Source: a virus
Lineage: Duplodnaviria > Caudoviricetes
Virus record (IMG/VR): IMGVR_UViG_3300049370_000001
Location: 6,440 to 70,439 of that record
DNA: 64,000 nt
Reading direction: 5' to 3' (one strand)
Shown here: positions 37,465 to 45,672 of the stretch, in pieces
Layout of the letters: the number at the start of each line of letters is the position of its first letter
Numbering within the stretch: the first letter of the stretch is position 1
Position numbers and translations under genes: made by a program
The notes under the pieces: generated by a model
What the model saw: only the letters and a program-made list of their open reading frames with translations
The model's database searches: none
What the model was told of the DNA's origin: nothing

Positions 37465-38103
37465 ATGCAATACGAACTGAGTTCAGAGGTTGAGAAAGTC
37501 GCCGCGAAGGTGATCAAACAACATCATCCCGATCTGACACACAAGAAGATTTACTATCTAGCTCTCGACTTGATAGACGAAAAGACGGGAGTCTCGAAGG
37601 CAAAGAAAAGTAAGGGCCATCAAATCGCAGCAGAGATAAAAGTCGTTAGCGGCGATGCGGCGTTCCTCATATCCGGCGAAACCAGCACCGATGACAAGGG
37701 GCCGCTTTCAGTCGTTGTGGTGAAGGTCTACCGCAATCCGTGGAAGTTCATCAAAGAAGAAAAGACGCGCGAAGCCGTACTCCATTCGCAGTTATGTCGT
37801 CTCGACTATGACGAGTTGACCGGCAAGCCGACAATCTTGGAATTTGATGCGAAGTTGATGGCCGCAAACGTCGCGAAGTACGGCGCATACAACGAAGACA
37901 TTGAACGCATTTTGAAAGCCGCGAAAGATCTTCCGCTATTCGAAGAAAACGGCAAGCAGAAAGAGGAAGTGAAGGCTGTTAAGGCCAACGGCAACGGTAA
38001 AGCAGTTGAAGAACCAGCAAAGCCGACAAGCGATCTCCCTCCAATTCAGGAACAAGTTAATCAGAAGCGCGGACGTACCCGAGCGCATAGAGCAGGGAAC
38101 TAA
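37465..38103 (+). CDS. Degenerate paralogue of the phage metallopeptidase family
   Basis: HHPDL..KIYY, EAVLHSQLCRL, KYGAY; metal ligands are missing. Confidence 0.55.
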   Translation: MQYELSSEVEKVAAKVIKQHHPDLTHKKIYYLALDLIDEKTGVSKAKKSKGHQIAAEIKVVSGDAAFLISGETSTDDKGPLSVVVVKVYRNPWKFIKEEKTREAVLHSQLCRLDYDELTGKPTILEFDAKLMAANVAKYGAYNEDIERILKAAKDLPLFEENGKQKEEVKAVKANGNGKAVEEPAKPTSDLPPIQEQVNQKRGRTRAHRAGN

Positions 38104-39039
38104 ATGGCTGACAAGTCGAAAATTGAATGGACAGACGCGACGTGGAATCCAGTGCGCGGCTGCTCGGTTGTTTCGGAAGGCTGCCGTAACTGCTACGCGA
38201 TGGCCGTTGCGGCGCGCTTCTCAGGGTCGGGAATGCCATACGAAGGGCTTGCCTATCGAAACGAATCAGGAGCGCATTGGACAGGAGAAACACGGCTGAT
38301 TCAAGAGCACCTTGAAGATCCGATCCGATGGCGCAAGCCGCGCAGAATCTTCGTCAACTCAATGTCGGATCTGTTTCACGAATCGCTGAGTGAGACGCAA
38401 ATTCAAAACGTGTTCTCCGTGATGGAATCCGCCCGCCATCACATTTACCAAATTCTGACAAAGCGACCGCAACGCATGTTCGACTTCGTAAAGAAGTTTG
38501 ACGACTGGCTCAAGTATGCGAGCGACTATCCGGGTCAGCTCAGCTTCGCGGAAAGATTCGCGCACGTCTGGCTTGGTGTCTCCTGCGAAGATCAAAAGAC
38601 CGCAGACGAAAGAATCCCGCTACTACTTCAAACTCCAGCAGCAGTTAGGTGGATATCAGCAGAACCGTTGCTGGAATGGATCGATGTAACTGAATATCTC
38701 GGCTGGAATAAAGCACACCCAACAAAACTTGATTGGGTAGTTGCGGGCGGCGAGTCGGGTCCGAAGTCGCGCCCGATGCACCCTTATTGGATCGAGTCTT
38801 TGCGCGATCAGTGTCTCGCCGCGGACGTTCCGTTTTTCTTCAAGCAGTGGGGCGAGTGGCTACCGAACGCTGATGTCCCGATTGATTTAAGCCTCAAGCG
38901 CGAGCTGAAGATGATTCCCGCAGATTCAGACAACTTGGACAAAGAGGTAATGGTCCGAGTAGGGAAAAAAGAAGCGGGCCGATTACTCGACGGTCGCGAG
39001 TGGAGTGAATACCCGAAAGCAAAGGCGGTAGCTCTATGA
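38104..39039 (+). CDS. DUF5131 (phage Gp37/Gp68) protein
   Basis: SKIEWTDATWNPVRGC..VSEGCRNCYA, IFVNSMSDLFHE, WVVAGGESGP, PFFFKQWGEW. Confidence 0.92.
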   Translation: MADKSKIEWTDATWNPVRGCSVVSEGCRNCYAMAVAARFSGSGMPYEGLAYRNESGAHWTGETRLIQEHLEDPIRWRKPRRIFVNSMSDLFHESLSETQIQNVFSVMESARHHIYQILTKRPQRMFDFVKKFDDWLKYASDYPGQLSFAERFAHVWLGVSCEDQKTADERIPLLLQTPAAVRWISAEPLLEWIDVTEYLGWNKAHPTKLDWVVAGGESGPKSRPMHPYWIESLRDQCLAADVPFFFKQWGEWLPNADVPIDLSLKRELKMIPADSDNLDKEVMVRVGKKEAGRLLDGREWSEYPKAKAVAL

Positions 39040-39482
39040 GCAGAAGAAAAGTTGAACGAGTTCTCGTCATGCTCGACTACGGGCCGGGAGATCCAGAAAG
39101 CGGAGAAGTGTTTGATCTGACGGCACTCGTAACAGAGATGCTGTCACATGCGAATTATTCAGCCCGCCTAACCGTAGAAGTGGAAGCGCGCAAAACATAC
39201 TTTGGGCCGGATAAGCCTCCGATGGAATTACAGGTCTCTTTCGGAGGTTATGCCGGGGAGTTCGTTCACGGCGCGACGCATCTTGATGACGTTGTTAACT
39301 CCGCGCTGCCGGATGGCGAGCGCGTGTCCGCGTTGAAGAAAAAAGCGAAGCGTCTCCGAAAGAAAGCGGAAGACGTTGATCGTGACGCGATGGCCCCGAA
39401 GCTGGTCCAGGTATCGGGAATACGGCATCAGCATCCGATTGCACGAGTAAGCGCCACTGACGAGCAAAAGCTAATCGCATGA
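39036..39482 (+). CDS. Hypothetical protein
   Basis: 148 aa, coupled in operon. Confidence 0.6.
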   Translation: MSRRKVERVLVMLDYGPGDPESGEVFDLTALVTEMLSHANYSARLTVEVEARKTYFGPDKPPMELQVSFGGYAGEFVHGATHLDDVVNSALPDGERVSALKKKAKRLRKKAEDVDRDAMAPKLVQVSGIRHQHPIARVSATDEQKLIA

Positions 39483-39694
39483 GCGCAGCAACGCAGCCTG
39501 AGCATTACAAGTGGATCGCCTTCGCGCACTTGATCGCGAAGCGCGAGATACCAGCAGAGCAGCATCTGCGAGACATAGTGCTAGTGTTACTCGGTGCTCT
39601 TAATGGACCATCACGGCGATCAGTAATTCAGTTTCTTGGTCTGGTCTATAAGCATGAGAAGGGTGAGGTTCAGGAGAGGGCGAGGGAGTTATGA
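39479..39694 (+). CDS. Hypothetical protein
   Basis: 71 aa, coupled in operon. Confidence 0.5.
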   Translation: MSAATQPEHYKWIAFAHLIAKREIPAEQHLRDIVLVLLGALNGPSRRSVIQFLGLVYKHEKGEVQERAREL

Positions 39695-40278
39695 GCACAG
39701 CACCAGCAATCGCAACACTTGCGACAGAAGTTAAGTCGGCCCGAGATCAAGGCGCGCGTCCGCGAGTGCACGGCAATGGCTTCGTTCAACTCGATCTGAC
39801 TCCGCAGAGGCGCTTGCACATTTGGGGCGATCCACGCATCCCGCGTCAATCCGTACCCTCAACAATTCACGATCATACATTCTCGTTTCGCAGCGTGGTC
39901 TATCGCGGCCAATTAGTTCATCGCGTGATCGCCTTGTACTCCGATGAGAAGGGCGCGTATTCGATGTATTACGCGGTTACGAACCGCGGCGAAGATACGC
40001 GGCTGGTCAGGACGCGCGAGCGCTACGACGCCATCATAACCGCCGAGCATCTTTTGACTGCGGGAAGCACTTATAAGTTTCGCGCCGGAGAATTCCACGA
40101 AACGGTTGCGCCGTGGCTGTGCGTGACCGTCATTGACAAGGATGGCCCAACGCTTTCGCAGGGCGGCAAGAATCCGAATGTGCTGGTGCCTTACGGACTG
40201 GAGCCGGATAACACCTTCGACCGCTATCAAACACAGGCGGATCTACTGTGGCAAGTCATTAACGAGGCGCTTTCGTGA
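39691..40278 (+). CDS. Cupin/double-stranded beta-helix protein
   Basis: HGNGF.Q...RLHIW...IHDH.FSF.S...AG..Y...AGEFHET. Confidence 0.65.
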   Translation: MSTAPAIATLATEVKSARDQGARPRVHGNGFVQLDLTPQRRLHIWGDPRIPRQSVPSTIHDHTFSFRSVVYRGQLVHRVIALYSDEKGAYSMYYAVTNRGEDTRLVRTRERYDAIITAEHLLTAGSTYKFRAGEFHETVAPWLCVTVIDKDGPTLSQGGKNPNVLVPYGLEPDNTFDRYQTQADLLWQVINEALS

Positions 40279-40439
40279 TTCAACCCTCTTTCAACTTCGA
40301 AGCTCCCTGGAGCAGACGATCAGATCGTAGGCACATGGTGGCGCGCCGTTGCTCGGATCTTTGGCGCAAAGGCCACGCGTTGAAAGTTGAGCTTCGTAAG
40401 AAAGACTGTTTGTGGTACGCGATTCTGTGAGGGGCAGTT

Positions 40440-40766
40440 ATGAGCGACTTAGAAAAAGAGATAAACCGGATCGTAGACGAACGTGTTGAGAAGGCACTGG
40501 AAGAAAAGCTGCCGGCTATTATTCGAGCGCTTGGAATCCGCGAAGCGGACGAGGAATCGGATGGCCTGGTAGACGCCGTCGAAGTGGCGAAATTTCTTGG
40601 CCGCGATTTATCTTCACCGGAAAACATTCTCAAAGCCAGAAAACACGTCTATCATTTGGCGCGCATAAACAGTATTCCCTCAGTCCGGATCAGCGAACGA
40701 AACCTCAGATTTGATCTGGCAAAGGTCAAAGAAGCTCTGGCAGCAAAACAGTCTCAGGCGGCTTAA
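40440..40766 (+). CDS. xis: Excisionase-like HTH protein
   Basis: LVDAVEVAKFLG...VYHLAR...IPSVRI..RNLRFD; directly upstream of int. Confidence 0.72.
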   Translation: MSDLEKEINRIVDERVEKALEEKLPAIIRALGIREADEESDGLVDAVEVAKFLGRDLSSPENILKARKHVYHLARINSIPSVRISERNLRFDLAKVKEALAAKQSQAA

Positions 40767-41900
40767 ATGGCTGAAATCATCCAGCGCGGCGAGAGAAAGT
40801 TTTTGGTGCGCGTCTTTGTGAGTCGCGCGAATGGACGCACGCGCTATCACAACAAAACCGTCAACGGCACAAAGAAGGACGCCGAAAAGTATGCTCGCCA
40901 GGCGGAAGTCAAACGCGATCTCGGAACGCTCGACAAGCCAGCGAACGAAGATCCTACGTTTGGAAAGTTTCTTGACGACTGGATGAAAGAATTCAAAAAG
41001 GGCTCTGTCCGCGATCGCACTTTTGAAGGCTACGTTTACACGCTCAAACAGTACGTCAGACCATACCTCGGTAAAGATCGATTGTCAGAACTGACCGCGC
41101 GTCGGATTCAAGGTGTTTACAACGAACTCAGTGAGTCCGGATTGTCACCACGGACGGTCGCTTTTGCGCACAGCTTAATCAGGGAGGCTTTGAACCAAGC
41201 GGTTGTTGACGATCTACTGCCGGCGAATCCAGCGCTGTCTACGCGCAGACCGCCGCGGCGAAAGCCGAAGATAGAACCATTCACGCCAGAAGAGGCCGAT
41301 CGGTTTATGAGGTCAGCGAAACAAGATCCGCTTGGGATTGTGTTTTGGTTTGCCCTGGCAGTCGGTGCCAGACCGGAAGAGTACCTCGCCCTTAAATGGC
41401 CGGATCTCGATCTCGAGAAGTCAGAGGTCTTCTTTCATCAGACAATCTATTTTCCAAAAGGTGGCGATTGGAAGATCGAAGAAGTCAAAACAGAATCGGG
41501 TTTGCGTAAAGTGAACTTTAGCCAAGTGCTCGCGAACGCTTTAGCCGATCACAAACGAAAGCAGTTGGCGCAACGAATCAAACTCGGCAAGAAGTACCAG
41601 AACAACGGGTTTGTATTCGCCGCGGCAAAGGGCCAGCCGCTGCATCTTCGAAACCTGTCATTACGCCATCTTGTGCCGGTGATGGAGCGGGCAAGGATTG
41701 CAGGACCGCGGAACCTTTATCGTCTGCGACACTCATTTGCAACGCTCTCACTGGTGGCCGGGATCGACGCGAAGATCGTTAGCAGAGCGTTGGGGCATTC
41801 AAGCGTAGCGTTTACTCAAGACACTTATCAGCACGTTATTCCACAGATGCGAAAAGAAGCCGCAGAGAAGATCGGAAACATCCTGTTTGGGGCAGTGTAA
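40767..41900 (+). CDS. int: Tyrosine integrase
   Basis: N-terminal arm-binding domain; GARPEE (R), YRLRH, LGHS, DTY catalytic motifs. Confidence 0.95.
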   Translation: MAEIIQRGERKFLVRVFVSRANGRTRYHNKTVNGTKKDAEKYARQAEVKRDLGTLDKPANEDPTFGKFLDDWMKEFKKGSVRDRTFEGYVYTLKQYVRPYLGKDRLSELTARRIQGVYNELSESGLSPRTVAFAHSLIREALNQAVVDDLLPANPALSTRRPPRRKPKIEPFTPEEADRFMRSAKQDPLGIVFWFALAVGARPEEYLALKWPDLDLEKSEVFFHQTIYFPKGGDWKIEEVKTESGLRKVNFSQVLANALADHKRKQLAQRIKLGKKYQNNGFVFAAAKGQPLHLRNLSLRHLVPVMERARIAGPRNLYRLRHSFATLSLVAGIDAKIVSRALGHSSVAFTQDTYQHVIPQMRKEAAEKIGNILFGAV

Positions 41901-43139
41901 GTGGGAGCCTACTACAACGAAAACGATAAATTCGCGGCCGCATGGCTACGAGAATTGATCAAAGAGAATCTGATAGCACCGGGCGAAGTAGATGAGCGTA
42001 GCATTGAAGAAGTTCAACCAAACGATCTCACAGAGTTCACGCAATGCCACTTCTTCGCCGGCGTTGGCGGATGGTCTTACGCGCTCAGACTTGCGGGATG
42101 GCCGGACTCGGACCCTATTTGGACCGGATCTTGTCCCTGTCCACCTTTCTCAAGCGCTGGGGCAAAGAAAGCCTGCCCACAATGCGGTGGCACAAACCCT
42201 CTGCCGCACGTTGGACGAACTGGTTTCTTCATATGCTGCCTATGCCAGCACGAATGGCTTGCCGACGCCCGTCACCTATGGCCGGAACTGTGGCGACTCA
42301 TCTCCGTCCGCCGTCCTGACAAACTCTTTGGGGAGCAGGTTGCGAGCAACGATGGTCGGACGTGGCTCACGTCTGTTCGCGCTTCGCTGGAAATTTTGGG
42401 GTATGCCGTTGGGGCCGCGGATCTCTGCTCTGCGGGCGTCGGCTCGCCAGACATTCGCCAACGGCTTTACTTCGCGGCCGACTCCGAAGGGCACAGAGCA
42501 TCAAGAAACCGGGAAGCGCGGCAATCTGACACTAAACGGGACCGCGAAATTAGCGGGATGGGCCAGTCCAAAAGCGACGGACGGATCGGGCGGCAGAACA
42601 ACGGCGACGCCGGGTGGCGGCAATGTTCACCCGGATCGATTAGCCAGTTGGAGCAGCCCGACAGCGCAAGATCACAGCAGGGGCGGGAAACCAGCGCGTC
42701 CGTGGGACACAGGAGTTCCCTTGTCACAACAGGCGGCACTAGCAACATGGGCGACTCCGCGATCAAACGAGAGCGGCCACTCGACGGGGAACCCAGGGAG
42801 AGCGTTAGACAAGAAGTCGCGGCTGGAGGATCAAGTCTTTCTGGCGAGTTGGCCCACACCAACAGCATTGAGTCCAGCAACGGAGAATTACAACGAAGCA
42901 GGCGACTCATGCAACCTTCGGAAAACCCGCTTGCTGGCTTCTGGTCCACCGCTGAATGGATCTACTGCCAAGACGGAAAATACAGGGCAGTTGAGCCCGG
43001 CTCATTCCCGCTGGCTCATGGCGTTCCCGCGAGAGTGGGACGACTGCGCGGTTACGGCAACGCAATCAATGCCGAAGTCGCGAAAACGTTCATAGAGGCT
43101 TACATGGAGATCGCAAATGCGAGTGTGACAGGAGTGTGA
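41901..43139 (+). CDS. DNA (cytosine-5) methyltransferase, alpha chain
   Basis: Motif I FFAGVGG, IV GSCPCPPFS, VI EQV, VIII RQRLYF, X RLRGYGNAI; motif IX absent in this frame. Confidence 0.9.
   Translation: MGAYYNENDKFAAAWLRELIKENLIAPGEVDERSIEEVQPNDLTEFTQCHFFAGVGGWSYALRLAGWPDSDPIWTGSCPCPPFSSAGAKKACPQCGGTNPLPHVGRTGFFICCLCQHEWLADARHLWPELWRLISVRRPDKLFGEQVASNDGRTWLTSVRASLEILGYAVGAADLCSAGVGSPDIRQRLYFAADSEGHRASRNREARQSDTKRDREISGMGQSKSDGRIGRQNNGDAGWRQCSPGSISQLEQPDSARSQQGRETSASVGHRSSLVTTGGTSNMGDSAIKRERPLDGEPRESVRQEVAAGGSSLSGELAHTNSIESSNGELQRSRRLMQPSENPLAGFWSTAEWIYCQDGKYRAVEPGSFPLAHGVPARVGRLRGYGNAINAEVAKTFIEAYMEIANASVTGV
41992..43095 (+). CDS. Overlapping +1-frame beta chain of the C5-methyltransferase
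   Basis: 367-codon open frame with five W(P/A/S)(T/S)P-type repeats and motif IX-like GQLSPAHSRWLMAFPREW; start uncertain. Confidence 0.75.
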   Translation: MSVALKKFNQTISQSSRNATSSPALADGLTRSDLRDGRTRTLFGPDLVPVHLSQALGQRKPAHNAVAQTLCRTLDELVSSYAAYASTNGLPTPVTYGRNCGDSSPSAVLTNSLGSRLRATMVGRGSRLFALRWKFWGMPLGPRISALRASARQTFANGFTSRPTPKGTEHQETGKRGNLTLNGTAKLAGWASPKATDGSGGRTTATPGGGNVHPDRLASWSSPTAQDHSRGGKPARPWDTGVPLSQQAALATWATPRSNESGHSTGNPGRALDKKSRLEDQVFLASWPTPTALSPATENYNEAGDSCNLRKTRLLASGPPLNGSTAKTENTGQLSPAHSRWLMAFPREWDDCAVTATQSMPKSRKRS

Positions 43140-43403
43140 CAACCCAGCCGCGCACATAAGAATTAGACGGCCATAGTAGACAAGAGAGTCGTTGAAAATG
43201 CGACATAGCGGAATAAACAGAGGCTTGGTAGACTTAGGCGGTCGCACACGGACAGGCTTGGATCTGACTTCGGATCAGAAGGTCGCAGGTTCGAGCCCTG
43301 CTGGGTGCATACCACTTACCTCATTTAATTCCACGACTTACAGCGTCGAGCCAGCGTCGAGCTCGGAAACGAGCCGAGGCGGTAGTGTGACTATAGTGTG
43401 ACT
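43121..43403. other. attP site with integrase arm-type repeats
   Basis: GAGTGTGACA twice (43121, 43132) and TAGTGTGACT twice (43383, 43394) flank the tRNA-derived core; CAGCGTCGAGC twice (43341-43362). Confidence 0.85.
43262..43309 (+). tRNA. 3' half only of tRNA-Arg(UCG), attP core (not a complete tRNA)
   Basis: Anticodon arm TCTGA-CTTCGGA-TCAGA, T arm GCAGG-TTCGAGC-CCTGC, acceptor strand TGGGTGCA; no matching 5' acceptor strand or D arm upstream. Confidence 0.85.
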
Positions 43404-43442
43404 GGCGGGTTGTTTTGTGCCCGCTGAAAGAGAGGAAAACTT

Positions 43443-44162
43443 ATGGATCAAGTTCTTACAGGGCCGCTCACGGATGCGGCTGAAGTCGTAACTCTTAACA
43501 AAGATGATGCGCTGGCGAAGTACAAAGAGTACGCGTCTGCGTTGCGCGTCAGTCGTTCACAGCACGATCGGATGATGAAAGCTGTCTACGGCGCGCTGTC
43601 TGAAGGGCTGGGCGTGATCAATCCGCGCGCAGCGATTTTGAAGGCGGGCCTCGACGCGGACAATCGACCGAAGATCGCAATCTGCCGCGCCGATCAGGAG
43701 ACAGTCTACTTCAAGCGCGACACTAACGAGCGGGATGCGTACTTTTCTGCGGATCACAATCGCGTGTTGCGACCGCTCAAAAGCGACATTGCTAACCGGC
43801 TTCAGTTTCACTTTCCCGCTGGCACGCTACCTCTCGGGCTAACGCCAAGGACCGTGCCCGTCAACAACGCTAAGGGCGAGTTTGTCTGGAATCGCCGCGA
43901 GTTTCCACGCGGATACTTCGATACGGTCAAAGCCGCAGTCCCGATCGTTCCGCCAGAGCACCGTCCTATCGGCAGCGCGCTAAATCAATACTGCATCCTT
44001 TGGGAAGTGGAAAAGTGGGAAGCGTTACCACGGCCACAGTGGGCACCAGGTGACCCGATGCTGCTCAAGCCTTTAGGCCAGACAGGGCTTTACGCAGTCA
44101 TGGCTCATTGGGATCTCACTGACATCGAAAAGATGGTTTTGGGAGCAATGTACGGGAATTGA
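43443..44162 (+). CDS. Hypothetical phage protein
   Basis: 239 aa, SD GAGAGG. Confidence 0.75.
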   Translation: MDQVLTGPLTDAAEVVTLNKDDALAKYKEYASALRVSRSQHDRMMKAVYGALSEGLGVINPRAAILKAGLDADNRPKIAICRADQETVYFKRDTNERDAYFSADHNRVLRPLKSDIANRLQFHFPAGTLPLGLTPRTVPVNNAKGEFVWNRREFPRGYFDTVKAAVPIVPPEHRPIGSALNQYCILWEVEKWEALPRPQWAPGDPMLLKPLGQTGLYAVMAHWDLTDIEKMVLGAMYGN

Positions 44163-44165
44163 AAT

Positions 44166-44514
44166 ATGCCGTTCACTGAGTTATCACCGGAGCAACGAGC
44201 GAAACGTGAAGCGCAGATGTGGTTGAGCAAATAGGTATCGCTAACGTGCCCGAACTGTGGCAATCCTGATTGTATAGAGGCTCTTGCGTGGGTCAAGAAG
44301 ATCGAAACCCGATTAGCTGAGCACCAGCGTCTACAGTCAGCAATAGTCGAAGCCGCGATCGCGCGTAGAAAAGCGAAACTAGCAGAAGTCGGTGGTGCGG
44401 GCGATTACATCCAACTGCTTCACGCGGCGATGACCGCAGAACACGAAGCCGTTGACGCTCTTTATTGCTTTTGAAGCAGAGCACAAGATTGGAGATGGGA
44501 ATGAAGCCGATTGA
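44166..44514 (+). pseudogene. Hypothetical gene with in-frame TAG (44232) and apparent +1 insertion (~44462)
   Basis: MPFTELSPEQRAKREAQMWLSK*VSLTCPNCG...; the +1 frame ends IAFEAEHKIGDGNEAD-stop. Confidence 0.45.
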
Positions 44515-44948
44515 GAAATTACTCGACAACGAAGGCAAGGGCGTCTTGACCGCCGAGCTGAATCGCATCTTTATCGCGAACGGCTGTCAGCCAGCTTGTC
44601 ATATCTGTGGGAACAAGATTGCGATTGGCGACGAGCTGCATCTCAAGCCGTTTTTCGCGAAAACTGACCACAGTCACAGCATCGACGTGATGATTCTGTA
44701 TGAAGTGCAGCGATGCAAACCGCCGTCTGCCAGAGGGCGAGATGGATCGACTGCTCGACGTGGCGCACGAGCACGGTCTAGCTGTGACGAATCCAGAGCC
44801 GGATGATTCACTCGGGAAGGTGAAGCTCCATTCCGAGTACAGCACATCCTACAGCACGTCTACGCCGGGTCGTGCGCGGAGGTATGGGTTTGGTGGAGCG
44901 ATGGTTGTTCGCACCCCAGAGGGAATTGAGATTATCGGTGCCAAGTGA
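44501..44948 (+). pseudogene. Zn-finger gene split by apparent +1 insertion near 44695
   Basis: CHIC in frame 0 and CMKC in the +1 frame complete one Zn site; span is 3n+1. Confidence 0.55.
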
Positions 44949-44949
44949 G

Positions 44950-45072
44950 ATCGGAGTAGACCATGAGACTTCCCGACCTAAGAAGCGAATGAATGGGCGG
45001 TGATCGCCGCGCTGATTTCGTTGGCTGCGCTCGTAATTTATCAATGGCTGAATTGAATCGGAGTAGACCATG
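44950..45072. repeat. 16-bp direct repeat ATCGGAGTAGACCATG (SD plus ATG) flanking a mini-gene
   Basis: Identical at 44950-44965 and 45057-45072. Confidence 0.85.
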
Positions 45073-45447
45073 CCTGAGTCAACCAAGGAACTAAGTGGAA
45101 GAGAACTCAACTTTGCTATTGCCGAAAAGGTTATGGGCTGGAAGCGCGGAACGCGATACGGCAACGGTAACGGCGAATGGATCATCCCTGACCGGAAAGA
45201 GGTACTCCCGCTCACGTGGAGTCGGACGCCGCAATTCTGCGAATCTATTGAAGCCGCAATGCAAGTGGTAGCGAAGCTCGAAAAGGACAACATGATCTCG
45301 CTCACGCACTTTGCCAACTTACCGAGCGAAAGCAAGTGGATCGTCGCCCTCAGTTCATGTGCACCGGGATACATCGATGTGCGCGGCGAATCGGATACAT
45401 TGCCGGAAGCGATCTGTCGTGCTGCGTTAGCTGCTATTGGGGAGTAA
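45070..45447 (+). CDS. Phage ABA-sandwich-like protein
   Basis: ELN.AIAEKVMGW...P.FCESIEAAMQVV.KL...TLPEAICRAAL. Confidence 0.7.
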   Translation: MPESTKELSGRELNFAIAEKVMGWKRGTRYGNGNGEWIIPDRKEVLPLTWSRTPQFCESIEAAMQVVAKLEKDNMISLTHFANLPSESKWIVALSSCAPGYIDVRGESDTLPEAICRAALAAIGE

Positions 45448-45450
45448 AGA

Positions 45451-45672
45451 GTGGCATCTGGCAAAAAGCCTGAAGGTCCACGTGAGCGAGTAGAAGGTTT
45501 CGCAGCTCGACGCGGGGAAGATCCAGGAGAGTTTATTTCAATGGACCAGCTTACTGATGGTTATGTAAAAGTGAGGTTTCAGAATGCTACCTACTTCACA
45601 CCATTGAACGACAGAGTTGTTTATAAAGAAGGTAACGGCTATGAGCGGCCGACGCTAAGGAGGGCAGAGTGA
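45451..45672 (+). CDS. Hypothetical protein
   Basis: 73 aa ORF in operon. Confidence 0.45.
   Translation: MASGKKPEGPRERVEGFAARRGEDPGEFISMDQLTDGYVKVRFQNATYFTPLNDRVVYKEGNGYERPTLRRAE

Noticed and set aside
43233-43314. Complete tRNA-Arg gene
   Set aside because: There is no 5' acceptor strand or D arm upstream of 43262; the 3' half plus arm repeats fit attP.
44232-44234. Amber (TAG) reassignment / alternative genetic code
   Set aside because: Only one in-frame TAG was seen, TAG serves as a normal stop elsewhere (for example 59740, 16446), and long genes are intact in code 11.
44808-45464. Long antisense ORFs (for example 44808-45464, 35849-36496, 4535-5137, 25801-26286, 32616-33143)
   Set aside because: They are shadows of well-supported opposite-strand genes, with no SD or motifs.
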